Source: Thecamonas trahens ATCC 50062 (taxonomy: Eukaryota > Protista > Apusomonadida). From it: a DNA stretch of 64,000 nucleotides. The notes below the pieces were generated by a model, which searched no databases, was not told the DNA's origin, and worked only from the letters and a program-made list of their open reading frames with translations. Shown here piece after piece: positions 1 through 11,657 of this stretch. Position numbers and translations under genes: made by a program. Location: assembly GCF_000142905.1 (NCBI RefSeq), contig NW_013657657.1, positions 372,001 through 436,000 on the forward strand, written 5' to 3'. Within the stretch, counting starts at the first letter, position 1; every line of letters begins with the position of its first letter.

Positions 1-5
1 TAAGC

Positions 6-1769
6 GTGGTCGACTACGTTAACCTCGGTGCGGCGCACGCGCTGGATCCGACTGGGGCGAGCGTGGAAGTTGTGGGCATGCCCGGCAAGCTGGCTGCGTT
101 TGAGGTGGATGTGAGCAAGGTCGATGCGTTCCGCGAGCACCTGCATTTTGCAGTGAGTGGGCTCAACGCAGGCAGCCTGTGGAGTGCGGTGTATGTGACG
201 CCGATCGACGGTGCGGGCCACGGGTGTGCGCCGGTTGGTGATGGCGCCGGAGTTGTGACGACGACGGGCGGTAGAAGTCACAACCTAACGGTGCCGGTCT
301 GCCGGTTTGCGGCAACCAAGTACTACGGGCTTGTGCTGCCGCTCACGGGAGCGACGACCGAGTGTGGGACGGTGTCGTACACGATGGGCGCGCGAGTGGA
401 GACGCATCTTCCTGTGACTCAGGTGAGCGCCAAGCTCGGGCAGAACGTCGGAGTGAGCCTCAACGGCGGCGGCGCCGGTGTGACAGTGCAGTACGACCGC
501 AGCGCTGGTGGGTGGCTCAACGAGCAGGCGCTGGTGGTGGATGTGGCGCCCAAGAGCGGCGTTCAGATCCATGGCTCTGTCATCCGGCAAGGCGGGCTGG
601 AGCCGGACTACGAGCTGTGCGAGGTGGCGCTGGAGGGCAGTCAGTACGTGACGGTCATTCCGTCGTGCCTCATTCGGGCATCGAACAATGCCGAGTCGCA
701 GGTTATGGTGCGGGTGTTTGGCGAGTCGAGCGTGATTGCTACGGCGCCTGCGCTGGCCAACGTGACGGTGCGTGCGGCGCGGTACGAGGTAATGACGTCG
801 GGCCGGACGTACAGCGGCGAGCTGGGATGGCGTGAGGGCGACGCAAGCTGGCTCGACACCAAGCTGTATCAGGCCAAGATCAGCGGCGGAGCGTCCACAG
901 GAGTGGTGGTCGACGTTGGTGAGGGCGGTGGCAAGGTGATGGTCGAAGTGCGACCCGGCGGGTGCTTCAACGACTACAGCGCGCCCGACAAAGGCTCGGG
1001 GTACATGGAGAACTCGGCGGTGTTCGAGTGCTACGGCGGTAGGTGCGTGTTTTCGTTTGATCGGCTGTGGACAACACCGACAGCAGCAGGCCAGAGCGAT
1101 ATGCTGTACAACATCCTCGTGCGTGGCGCGCGGACCAAGTACAGCCTGACGGTGGGCAACGGGCGGGGCAACTGCGGCAGGCATCGGTCGGCGTTCTGCG
1201 GCGCGGCCGCCAACTCGTGGCGGTGGCTTGACGATGCATCGCAGAACGACGGCGCCGAGCAACTGTTCACCAAGCTCTACTGCGCCTTCCACAAGTGCGG
1301 CTCGCAATGTCCTGTCGAGGTGAGCAAGCGGTGCAACGATACGCTGCGCGCGTTCGCTTGCGCGACAACGTACCCCGGATGCGATAGCCACGGCCTTCTC
1401 ACGCCGCCGTGCCTCTCGCTCTGCACAGCGGTGGAAAAGGCTTGCGGCGAGAAGTTTGCGGCGGTCAGGCTGGAGCAGTACGACTGCACACATAACTACT
1501 TTACGCAAAAGGGCCCGTGCACTGGGCTGCCGTCGACCGGCGCTGGCTCCAGCGGGCTCTCTGCGGGACTCATCGTCCTCATTGTCCTTTCAGTGCTGGT
1601 GGTGCTCGGCGCGGCCGGTGCGGCAGTCGTCTGGTTCCTCCGGCGGCGGCAGCGGAGTGATGGCTACGAGCCCGTGCCGAGCGACGAGGCGATCAACGCG
1701 CCGACACCGACGCCTGTCAACGACCCTGGCCCGCCTCCTGCCGGCGAGGTGGTGCCGGCCGAGGCCTGA
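6..1769 (+). CDS. Type I membrane protein with Frizzled-like cysteine-rich domain (5' end outside window)
   Basis: Frame open from window edge; beta-rich ectodomain; CRD-like Cys pattern (C..FACATTYPGC..PPCLSLCTAVEKAC..C); TM helix LIVLIVLSVLVVLGAAGAAVVWFL followed by RRR; cytosolic GYEPV motif. Confidence 0.75.
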   Translation: MVDYVNLGAAHALDPTGASVEVVGMPGKLAAFEVDVSKVDAFREHLHFAVSGLNAGSLWSAVYVTPIDGAGHGCAPVGDGAGVVTTTGGRSHNLTVPVCRFAATKYYGLVLPLTGATTECGTVSYTMGARVETHLPVTQVSAKLGQNVGVSLNGGGAGVTVQYDRSAGGWLNEQALVVDVAPKSGVQIHGSVIRQGGLEPDYELCEVALEGSQYVTVIPSCLIRASNNAESQVMVRVFGESSVIATAPALANVTVRAARYEVMTSGRTYSGELGWREGDASWLDTKLYQAKISGGASTGVVVDVGEGGGKVMVEVRPGGCFNDYSAPDKGSGYMENSAVFECYGGRCVFSFDRLWTTPTAAGQSDMLYNILVRGARTKYSLTVGNGRGNCGRHRSAFCGAAANSWRWLDDASQNDGAEQLFTKLYCAFHKCGSQCPVEVSKRCNDTLRAFACATTYPGCDSHGLLTPPCLSLCTAVEKACGEKFAAVRLEQYDCTHNYFTQKGPCTGLPSTGAGSSGLSAGLIVLIVLSVLVVLGAAGAAVVWFLRRRQRSDGYEPVPSDEAINAPTPTPVNDPGPPPAGEVVPAEA

Positions 1770-1784
1770 GTAAACATCAGTCTT

Positions 1785-4700
1785 TTACAGTTGCTCGCCA
1801 AGGGTGCTAAAAGGCAGAGGCTCCGAGACTGCCGATGCATTGCGAAGACGGAGGAAGAACGTGGTGCCAGGAGGAGGGAGCGGGAGGACGACTGAGGTGG
1901 CGCAGCCACCGTAGATAGGGGCGTAGCCCGGTGATGCTGGCGAGGTGGCGACAACTTCATAGACCCAGCCTGCATCCACAAGGGCCGCATCCAGCGGCTC
2001 CCAAGAGAGAGACGCAGACTCACGGACGTCGTCAATGGCGATATGCGGGTTGGCGGTGGGCGGTGTAGGCGGCGTCGAAGCCGGTGCTGGCGCCACCGCG
2101 TCGAGAATGACGCACTCGTCGTCCGACTCCCAGTCGTCGTCGTCCGAGTCAGAGGCGACATCGAGGGCAAGGGGTGCGGCGGCCGGCGGAGAAGGAGCGG
2201 CAGAGAAGCCACCAATACCGCCGGTGGCGGCAAAGCTGGCGCCAATGCTAGGACCAACGTCTAAACCATACCAAGCACCAGAGGCGGAACCAGCACTGGC
2301 ACCAAAGCCAGAACCGGCATCTGACCACGTTGTGCTCGAGGTCGGAGGCGGGGCAGGGCTGTCGAAAGCGAGCGGGTCGGCGACGGCGGTAGGAAAGGCG
2401 CCCAGGTCGGAGGCGAATGAGAGCTCCTCTTCGTCATCATCCTGCTCTTCAGACTCGGGCTTGGCCTCGGGCCTGGCCTCAGATTCGGGCTCGGGCTCGG
2501 TATCCTCGACCTTGGCTGCGACTCCAATAGAGGAAACGGCGCGGGCGTCAAAAAGGTCGTCATCGGCAGTATCATCGCCGGCAGCATCGTCATCGTCATA
2601 GAAAAGGTCATCGTCGCTCGAGGTGACGGCACGGGAGGAGGAACGCGGCGCGAGTGCGGCTTGCTTGTCAGATTTGCCCGAGAAGACTGTGGTGACCTTG
2701 GCGATGGTTGAGAAGAAGCGATGCGAGAAGGAAGGCTTGGGTGCAGCCGCCAGGACAGATGATGACGAGGCGGCAATGTCCTGGGACTGGACCGTGAGCT
2801 CTTCTGCAGCGGATGAGCCCAGCTCGTTGATCTCGTCCAAGTCATTAAGCACGGCCGCGAGTCGAGCTGAGGCGGCAGCATGGGTGGCAGCCACGTCGGA
2901 CCCCGAGGGTGAGGATGAACAGGGGGCGTCGGAAGCGTCGGAAGCGTCGGAGACGTCGGAGGCGTCGGAGACAGAGTCTGCAACAACCTCTTTGGGCGCA
3001 GCAGGTGGGCCAGGCACGGAGATGTCGCGGCGAGAAACAGCAGGGCGGCCATGGCGAAGGACCTGGGAAGGGGAGGCACCAGGGCTACGGCCACGGCGGC
3101 TAGGGGGGGCGCGGCCAGGGGGGGCACCCCCACCGCCAGCGCTGCGGCGGCTGAGTCTGCTGCTGCGGGGAGAAGAGGCANNNNNNNNNNNNNNNNNNNN
3201 NNNNNNNNNNNNNNNNNNNNNNNNNNNNNNNNNNNNNNNNNNNNNNNNNNNNNNNNNNNNNNNNNNNNNNNNNNNNNNNNCTCACTCGTCAACGGCAGTA
3301 TCATCGCCGGCAGCATCGTCATCGTCATAGAAAAAGTCATCATCGCTCGAGGTGACGGCACGGGAGGAGGAACGCGGCGCGAGTGCGGCTTGCTTGTCAG
3401 ATTTGCCCGAGAAGACTGTGGTGACCTTGGCGATGGTTGAGAACAAGCGATGCGAGAAGGAAGGCTTGGGTGCAGCCGCCAGGACAGATGATGACGAGGC
3501 GGCAATGTCCTGGGACTGGACCGTGAGCTCCTCTGCAGCGGATGAGCCCAGCTCGTTGATCTCGTCCAAGTCATTAAGCACGGCCGCGAGTCGAGCTGAG
3601 GCGGCAGCATGGGTGGCAGCCACGTCGGACCCCGAGGGTGAGGATGAACAGGGGGCGTCGGAAGCGTCGGAAGCGTCGGAGACGTCGGAGGCGTCGGAGA
3701 CAGAGTCTGCAACAACCTCTTTGGGCGCAGCAGGTGGGCCAGGCACGGAGATGTCGCGGCGAGAAACAGCAGGGCGGCCATGGCGAAGGACCTGGGAAGG
3801 GGAGGCACCAGGGCTACGGCCACGGCGGCTAGGGGGGGCGCGGCCAGGGGGGGCACCCCCACCGCCAGCGCTGCGGCGGCTGAGTCTGCTGCTGCGGGGA
3901 GAAGAGGCTTGATGGGCAGCGGACGACATCGAGCCAGCGGGCTCGGGAGCGGGTGGGACACGGTGTGCCTTGTTCCGCTCGACCACCTTGGACCTGGATT
4001 GCGAACTGCGCTTGGCTGCAATGCGCTTGCGGGTGTGGATGACCTCTGCGGTAACCTGCGCCCTTGCCTGTGCCTGTGACAGCGCCTGCGCCTGTGCCTG
4101 CACCTGCGCCTGCGCTTCGGCAACGGCCTTGGCCTCGGCCTCAGAGCGAGAAGCTGTGTTGCTGAGGCGCTTGGCCTCTTCGGTATCGACACTGCGATGC
4201 AGCTTCTTCTCCTTCTTCTTGCGCTTGATCTCCGAGTCGAGCACGTCCTCCGACTTGAGTTCCTTCGCCTTTCTGACCTCTTCTTCTTCTGCAGCCTCGT
4301 TGCGCTGCGTGGGGCGGGCAACAAGGCTACGCTTGGCGAAGTGAGGGTGGGCGATGACGGGCGCAGGCGGCATCGTGGGCATGGATACGGGCACTGCCGT
4401 GGGCTTGGCAAGAGCAGGCGTAGAAGCGGGTTCGTCGTGCGTGAGGAGTGCAGAAAGTGCGGCGAGCGATGGCCGTTCCGAAGGGAGCGGTGAGAGCGCG
4501 GCCGAGAGCGCGTCAGCGGCAGACGGAGAGAGAAGGTCTGAGCGCGCAAAGACAGCAAGATCGCCCGGCGGGGCGTGGAGATTGTCGCGACCAGCGGCAA
4601 ATGCTCGGCGGAGGGCGAGGAGCTCCCAGGCAAGGACAGCAAGCGAGTAAGCATCGGACGAGAGTGTGTTGGGCTGGCCCATGTGAACTTCAGACGACAT

Positions 4701-5819
4701 GTAGCGCGGGGTGCCGGCGCGAGAAAAGCGAACAGCCGGATGGTCGAGCGGAAGAGCAACGCCGAGATCGCAAATCTTGGCAGAGGTGATGCGGCCAGAG
4801 GCCGGATCTCGAACGAGCAGCACGTTTGCAGGCTTGATGTCGCGGTGCATGACGTCGAGCGAGTGGATGTGTGCCAGACCGGCAACAACAGAGGCTAGCA
4901 CAGTGCGCTTGTCGCTCGGAGTGAGAGCGCGGCGAAGCGCTGCCTTGCGGATTACGGCAGCAAGATCGCCGCCGAGCACCAGTTCCATGACGATGGCAGC
5001 CGGCGGCGGGAGCGGGCGAGCACCGACGAGGGCAACCACATTCGGGTGGGCGCAACGATGAAGCAGGGCAGCCTCGCGCCAGAACGGATCGTCCTGCGCC
5101 GGCGCGTGGGCGGCAGCCAGCTGCTCCTGCTGACAGCGAGCATGCGAAGAGCGCGAGTCTGCCCGGGCTGTAGGCGTCCCTGCAGATGACGGCATGATGC
5201 CTGTAGCGGTGGCAGTGGCAGTAACAGTCCCCGACGACATGGCATCAGCAGAAGCCTCCGAGATGGTGTCCTGCATGGATGAGAAAGCTCTTCCACCCGA
5301 GCCAGAGTGAGAGTGACAGCCGTACGGATGTGAGCCAAGAGAAGATTGACCATGCGCAGAGGTAGTCGACGATGAGGTGATAGACGACGAGCAATCACCA
5401 TGATGATCGGTGCTGCTCTTGTGGACCTCGTTACACTCGTTGACCTTGTTGAACTTGCCCATCGATTCCAATGCCTTGTGCGAATGAGCCGAGTTGATGG
5501 AACCATTCCCAGCGAGCGAATGAAGGAGTTTGACCGCAACTGGTCTGCCATGAAGCGATGCCCGAACAACTACAGAAAATCCTCCACTTCCAACAGCATC
5601 CGTTCCTCCCACTGAGTCATGGATGAGTGCCGTGTCAGGCGGAAGAAGGTACGCCGCCGCCGCCATGTCCCCCATGTCCCCCGCCGTCGTCTTCTGGCTT
5701 GTCCCGCTCCCACTCAAGTCTGCTTGTCCATGCCTCGATGTATGTTGTTTGCTGGCTGTGGGCGTCGCCATAGGGGTCGTCCCCGCAATAGCCGTGGCTG
5801 TGGCTGTCACAGTCGCCAT
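1785..5819 (-). CDS. Ser/Thr (TKL-like) protein kinase with C-terminal FN3-like domain; ~1100 aa after collapsing a false duplication at the gap
   Basis: GSGGFSVV, VAVK, HPNVV, HRDIKPANVL, DLG, GTPRYMSSE motifs in ORF 3282-5858 (ATG 5819). ORF 1785-3017 overlaps it in sequence and ends in LSWEP..YEV..IYGG..PGTTFFLRLR (FN3-like). Confidence 0.8.
2564..3908. repeat. ~616-bp direct duplication (2564-3179 vs 3293-3908) flanking a 100-N gap; likely unmerged contig overlap
   Basis: Near-identical copies at offset 729, both abutting the gap; the few mismatches lie mostly toward the gap end of the second copy. Confidence 0.85.
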
Positions 5820-6020
5820 GGTAGGGAGGTGGCCGGCGAGGGTGGGGTGTTCGCACAAGTCGGCTGATTGATCGGGGGTGGTACGGGCACTGGGCGAGGT
5901 CTGGGGGGTTGATCAGGGGTGGTACGGGCACACGCACTTGGTTGACGGTTAAACAGGTGGTGATCGAGCTGGGGCTAGGAAGGGGGCCAGGTGCAAGATC
6001 TGAATTTACGGCAAGTCGGT

Positions 6021-7778
6021 CTACGCCGACGGAAACTCAGTCGACATCTCGCCGTTTGTCGTATTGATGTAGAAGGTCTGGTTGGTAGCCGGGTTCGTCT
6101 TCTCGATCCACCCGTCGGGGAGCGGGATGGCGCCGGTTTCGACTGGCGGAGAGAGTACGCCGCGGCCCTCGGTCGGCGTGAGCGGCGGTGCCGTCACCCA
6201 CTTCATCTGCCGAAAGACGATCATGGCCTCGGGGAAGTTCTTGCTGTGATACTTCGTCTTGCCGTCAACTGTCGACGTCCACGACACCTTGTGCTTTCCG
6301 TGATGGACCGCCTCGGGGATGTAGCCGAGGCTGATCATGCGACTGATCATGACGCTTGACGCCGCGAGAACCCCATACTTGGACTTGAACTCATGATTGT
6401 GGAGCTGGATGACCGAGTTGTCGAACGTGTTGCTGTACGGCTTGTGACTGATGATGTTGAACTTCTTGTCGGCCTCAGTCGCCATCTCGAGCCCAGCCTC
6501 CAAGAGCGTCTCAGCAATGAGCGTCTGGACGACTGTGTTGCATGGCGAGAGCTTGACGCGCGAGTGGGACAGGTTGATGACCACCCGCGGGTCAGAGAGC
6601 GGCACAAACGAGCCATCAAGTGGGACAAGAAAGACGACGTAGTTGTCATCGCCACTCAGCACCACACCTGCACCTGCAAACGACCGCAGCACCCGCAGCG
6701 TCATCAGTGTGGCCACGATGAGCCCCGCCGTCTCGGCGTAGAACGTGGTGTACTCCATCGTAGTCGTTACTTGCTTGCCGCCGGTCGGCACCTCCTCCCA
6801 CGAGCTCATCCGTGCAAACGCTGCACGGATTGTCTCAGTCACCGCGTACGGCATGTTAGCCGTGGCGTAGAGAAAGTCCTTGCCCGAGATGGCAAACGCG
6901 GCGTGGCGCGCGGCGGGCGGATCCGACGGCGCGCGCTCGCGGATGACAAACAGGTACTCGTATGCCATGCCTTCGATGACCATGCCGATGGTCGAGAGCG
7001 CGTTGGCGAGGGCAGCGACAGCGTCAAAGGCCGAGATCTTCTTCTCAAACGACCACACCTTGTCGACCTTGGCTGTAAACGTCCGATCCTTGTCCGAAGG
7101 CGCAAACGGCGCCGTCAGCACCATGCCCTCGCCGCCGAGCGCCTCGCTCAACCCTGCAAGCGTCTCCTCACCAATCGAAGCCGAGACAACAATCTTCTCA
7201 GCCTGCGCCGAGATGACATGGTAGACTGCGCCGGCCGGCGGGATCACCTTGGGCCGCTCTGGGATGTCATCGACCTCACCACTGTTGGTGCTCATCGAGC
7301 CACCAGTCGCGCCTGCCGAGAGCATCACAACTTTCTTCTTGGCCATGTCCGCGGCCTTGTCCTTCATCGACTTGCCGCCCTTCATAGCAGCGCCGTCGGC
7401 CTCATCGTAGCTCGGAGGAGCAGCATCGTCGATAGTGCCGGACGGCGAGTAGATCGACGGCGCCACAAAATGGAACTGCGGCTGGGCACAGTAGTGACCG
7501 CCACCAGCAAGCACGTATCCCATCTGGGTGATGGCAGTGATGGCGGCGGCAAAGATGCCAGCCCATGGTCCGCGCTTGGACGGATAACCCTTGAACTTTG
7601 CCCGGAAGTGGTCTGCATTTTCCTGAAACGGCTTCTTGAGCACATAGCCCGCGGCTGCTACAGCAGCCTCGATGGCATCAAGCACGGCTCGCGGCGTAGA
7701 GAGCGATGCCATCCACTCATCCTTGTCATCTCCAGCGAGGGTAAAATGCGTTGTGTCAACAGTGGCCATTCTGACCAT
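6021..7778 (-). CDS. Uncharacterised protein with C-terminal WW domain and internal PPxY motif
   Basis: 585-aa ORF; LPDGWIEKTNPATNQTFYINTTNGEMSTEFP is WW-like; APPSYDEA near residue 120. Confidence 0.75.
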   Translation of the reverse strand: MVRMATVDTTHFTLAGDDKDEWMASLSTPRAVLDAIEAAVAAAGYVLKKPFQENADHFRAKFKGYPSKRGPWAGIFAAAITAITQMGYVLAGGGHYCAQPQFHFVAPSIYSPSGTIDDAAPPSYDEADGAAMKGGKSMKDKAADMAKKKVVMLSAGATGGSMSTNSGEVDDIPERPKVIPPAGAVYHVISAQAEKIVVSASIGEETLAGLSEALGGEGMVLTAPFAPSDKDRTFTAKVDKVWSFEKKISAFDAVAALANALSTIGMVIEGMAYEYLFVIRERAPSDPPAARHAAFAISGKDFLYATANMPYAVTETIRAAFARMSSWEEVPTGGKQVTTTMEYTTFYAETAGLIVATLMTLRVLRSFAGAGVVLSGDDNYVVFLVPLDGSFVPLSDPRVVINLSHSRVKLSPCNTVVQTLIAETLLEAGLEMATEADKKFNIISHKPYSNTFDNSVIQLHNHEFKSKYGVLAASSVMISRMISLGYIPEAVHHGKHKVSWTSTVDGKTKYHSKNFPEAMIVFRQMKWVTAPPLTPTEGRGVLSPPVETGAIPLPDGWIEKTNPATNQTFYINTTNGEMSTEFPSA

Positions 7779-8369
7779 GCAATGAGTCGGTCAGACCACG
7801 CACCTCGGGCAACTATGTGAGTCCGGAAAAAGGCAGCAGGAAGACAACCCAACTGGCAAGCTAGAATCACACGTACATGATAGAGTCTGATGCGCGTTCT
7901 TGCTTTGTGCAAGAAGGAGAGGTGTTGCAAGAAGTCGCCCTCACCAGTCCTTGACCGGTATGCCGACTCGAGCGGGGTTTGTGCGTTTTGATTCCTGGAA
8001 CACGCACCATCCTCGTGCACGCACGCTTGGGTCGCTTGCCCATATTCAAGCAAAAAATACAAAAGAGTGAATGTGAAGAAGGACAGAAAGGCATGATGGT
8101 ATGGATGCTGTGTGTAACCATGGAATGTGTATATCTCCGGCACTACAGGACATCATGTCTGACGGGATGACTATGCGCGTGCGTCACTTGACATCCAACA
8201 CCATCATGGTTCCACACGTTCGATTAATGCATGCCACCAATAATGAATGTTCGACCAAAGCATGGTGGTGCTGATGTGAGCTGAAGGATGACAATGACTG
8301 TGGGTGGCGTTCGGTGCTATGAGATATAATCAGTAACTGGTTGTTGAAGGTCCTAGAACAGGTGTGCAA

Positions 8370-8668
8370 GGGCTGTGTCCATCATGTGCCCCCGCCATCG
8401 TCTCAGATAGACTGCATAACATGGTTGTCCTGTGTTCAGCATGGGCTGTGTCCATCATGTGCCCCCGCCATCGTCTCAGGGATCACTGGTCAGTCTAGCA
8501 TAACATGGTTGTCCTGTGTTCAGCATGGGCTGTGTCCATCATGTGCCCCCGCCATCGTCTCAGGGATCACTGGTCAGTCTAGCATAACATGGTTGTCCTG
8601 TGTTCAGCATGGGCTGTGTCCATCATGTGCCCCCGCCATCGTCTCAGGGATCACCGGTCAGTCTAGCT
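8370..8668. repeat. 84-bp tandem repeat, ~3.5 copies
   Basis: atggttgtcctgtgttcagcatgggctgtgtcc... recurs at 8421, 8505 and 8589; partial copy from 8370. Confidence 0.95.
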
Positions 8669-8716
8669 TGTTGCGACCTGCGGGATTGGAGCGGGACATA
8701 CTCGACGCAGAGAGGA

Positions 8717-9142
8717 ATGGAGGAAAAGGTAGACGAGTACCACCGGTTCCTGGAGGATGTATTGAGACCGCAGCTTGAGGTCCGTGAGCGTGAACTTGCT
8801 GCGGTGCGTGCTGAAGAGGCTGCGGTGGGTCGGGTGGAGGAGACGCTGGCAACGCTGGTCGACCGACGGATGGGCTCACTGGAGACAGTGGTGGACATGG
8901 GCGCCGGATGTGGCATGCGCGCAGAGGTCGAATCGGTCTCCAAAGTCTTTGTTCATGTCGGGCTTGGCTTCCATGTAGAGATGACCTTGCCAGAGGCTCA
9001 GGCTTGGGCTGTTGCTCGTCGCGAGGTCATCGCTGCTGATCTGGATCGCCGCATCCGTGCCGTGGCAGAGACCCGCGCTCACATTCGCGTCGCTATGGCC
9101 ACCATCCGCGAGCTGAGAGAACCAACTGTTCCCGAGGACTAA
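8717..9142 (+). CDS. UXT: UXT-like alpha-class prefoldin subunit
   Basis: MEEKVDEYHRFLEDVLRPQL..VDMGAGCGMRAEV..KVFVHVGLGFHVEMTLPEA: helix/beta-hairpins/helix layout typical of UXT. Confidence 0.85.
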   Translation: MEEKVDEYHRFLEDVLRPQLEVRERELAAVRAEEAAVGRVEETLATLVDRRMGSLETVVDMGAGCGMRAEVESVSKVFVHVGLGFHVEMTLPEAQAWAVARREVIAADLDRRIRAVAETRAHIRVAMATIRELREPTVPED

Positions 9143-9364
9143 GAGGAGTTGTGTGATGCGGGGTTAGAGGGCATGGTCTGGTGGAGTGTGTCGTCGTCAG
9201 AACCGATGTCGTGGCTGTCTGGTGCGCTGCGACATGAGCCTCATCCACTGTGCAACCTCACCGTCGGAGCCGTGCGCTATGCACGACGACTAGGCCGTGG
9301 ACTACGCATCACGGCAGGGGAAGCTCGCTTCTGTATTCGCCTCGTCTGCAACAGGCATGGTGGA

Positions 9365-10752
9365 TTATGCCTGGCTCGACTTGATGAGCTTGGCTAGACG
9401 CGAGAGAGCCTCATCGTAAAGCTTGGGATCGGCGACGGAGAACGAGGCGCGGACATAGGGCGAGGGTGCGCCTGAGGGTGAAAAGGCCGAGCCCGGGACG
9501 AGAATGACTTTGGCGGCGATGGCCTTTTCCTTGATGAGGGTGAACGAGTCCTCGATGCCGAGGATCTTGATCCAGAGGAACATGCCTGCGGTCGGGAGCG
9601 ACCACTCGGCGAGGCCGGCAAGGTGCTTGTCGGCGGCAGCGGCGAGGGCGGTGGCCCGAGCAGCGTAGAACTCGCGAACAGCGGCAACGTGGGCGTTAAA
9701 CCCGTCAGGGCCCCACGCGTCGAGGACGGCGGCGGCGATGGCCTGCGAGATACCTGATGAGTGGAGCGAGGTGGCCTGGGCGTGAAGGAGGATGGCGTCG
9801 ACGAGCGGGCTCGGCCCGGTGACCCATCCGAGGCGAAGACCCGACGAGAGGATCTTGGAAAACGAGTCAAAGCGGAGGACACGCGACGAGGTGTCCATCG
9901 AGAGGAACGACGGCTGCGGTGCCACCGGGGGGTGGGTGAGGAAGTAGTATGGATCGTCCTCCAAGATGAGAAGTCGTGGGCGCAGGCGAGGTCGTAGATC
10001 CGGGCCTTGCGCTCGGCCGAGAGCGTGGCACCCGAAGGGTTCTGCCCGGTCACAATGGTGTACAGCGCCTTGGGCTTGGGCTTGTCCTCCGGCCAGGCCT
10101 CCAGGATGGCCTCGAGCGAGTCCGGGACCAGGCCGAGCTCGTCGAGCTCGACATCAACCAGATCAACGCCGGCCGGCTGGAGATACGCCAGTGCACCCGA
10201 GTACGACGGGTTCTCCAGCAGTAGCGATTCGCCAGGACCAAGAATGGCGGCAAAGGCCTTGGTCAGCGCGTCCTGCGAGCCGGTCGTCACCGCCAGTGCC
10301 CGATCCACACCAACTGCCGACGCGTTCTCGCCGTGGTACCGAGTCATCAGACCCGTAAGGCCATCGACCAGCCGCGGAAGACCAGGCGTGGCCGAGTACT
10401 GCAGCGCCTCGTCGAGCATGGTGCCATCCAGAGTCACCTTGATGGACTCGGTCTGTGTCGCAGCATCGCCAAGAGAGCCTGGAGCGTTGACATCGATGGT
10501 GATCTTGGAGAGCGGAAAGGTAGCAGGATTGGGAAGACCAGCCCCAAGCGAGATCATGCCAGGTTCGCGAAGCAGTGGCATTAGTGCCCGAATGGGCGAT
10601 GGCTTCCGAGCACGAGCCGTCTCGGTGAGAAAGGCCGAGTAGTTTGGCGCGACAGCAGCGGCAGCCATCGTCACCGAATTGGTCGCCGTCGTCATCGCCA
10701 TTGTGCTTGAGTTCTTTGAGAGAGACATAACCCGACCAGCAATTCGCAGCAT
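9365..10752 (-). CDS. AADAT: Kynurenine/2-aminoadipate aminotransferase (PLP class I); one apparent frameshift at ~9970
   Basis: PSPIR, ISLGAGLPNP, ALQYS, GQNPSG in one frame; EDDPY, DSFSKILSSGLRLG (PLP Lys), AGMFLW, VRASFS in the next. Adding one C gives HDFLILEDDPY. N-terminus resembles a mitochondrial presequence. Confidence 0.88.
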
Positions 10753-11657
10753 ATACCTTCAATAGTCTTAGATACTCTTGCTTCTACTTCAATGCCACAC
10801 CGTCACCTCGGAGTAGCCAACGAGCAAAGAGTCGTGTCTTCCAGTCCTTCCGCACTCAGTTGAGCACTGCGGGTGGCGCCACGTCGCCGACCATAATTTG
10901 GTCAATTCTGGGCATTTCCTCCGAGACAGTCTCACATCCGCTCTGATGTCATCAAGACGATCTAGAGAGCCCGAAAGAGGGGGAAGGGGGGAGGGGGAGG
11001 AAAGGGGGGAGAAGAGGGGGATCAAGGCGATAGCGTATGGCTAGCCGCTCTGTGTCCATTTGTATATGTGTCAGTTGTACCTTCCAATCGACTCATTTGC
11101 TACCTTCTTGTGCTCCTCGCGTGCGCGTTCTGTTCTTCTAGGTCTGAGCTCACGATTATTTTACTTTACTAATTGTAGCGCTCACGCTCCAACCCGCATC
11201 CGCACTCGCAGCCGACGAGACGACGAGGCGACGACGATCGGTGGCTATGGGCGAGCGGTAGGCACGCCTCTCTCTCTCACCCTCTGTAGAGACAACCTGT
11301 GGACAAGGCCGTCGGACCGGAACAAGAACCCGACAGCAACCACAAAGAGAGTTTCTTCTCTTCACTTTGGTTGTCACAGATACAAAGAAGGCACTTCATT
11401 TCTTCTCTATACCCTCTACCCGTGTGCTGGTGAGACGGACCAAAGCGCGCGCACCAAATCTTTCAACGGCGGTTTGGCTAACAAGACCAGCCGCCCCCCC
11501 CCCCACCTTACCCCCCTGTGGCTCTACACTGAGTACAGGACCCGTTCAAAGGGATCAAGGTAGTGTATAGGTTGTGTAGCAAGAGGTAGTAGGGCAGTGG
11601 CTTTTTTTTTCCTCTTCATTCTCCTCAACTAGGCTTGTACAGACGACGACTTCAGCC

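Noticed and set aside
2564-3908. Real internal duplication or two separate genes
   Set aside because: Copies abut a 100-N gap; collapsing them gives one continuous ORF
8341-8778. Cys-rich 28-aa repeat protein or CRISPR array
   Set aside because: No ATG start or spacers; the open frame follows from an 84-bp unit and overlaps UXT
9365-10752. AADAT (also HECT, RhoGEF, TBL-A) as pseudogenes
   Set aside because: Only single-base losses, no in-frame stops in the repaired frames, and catalytic motifs intact
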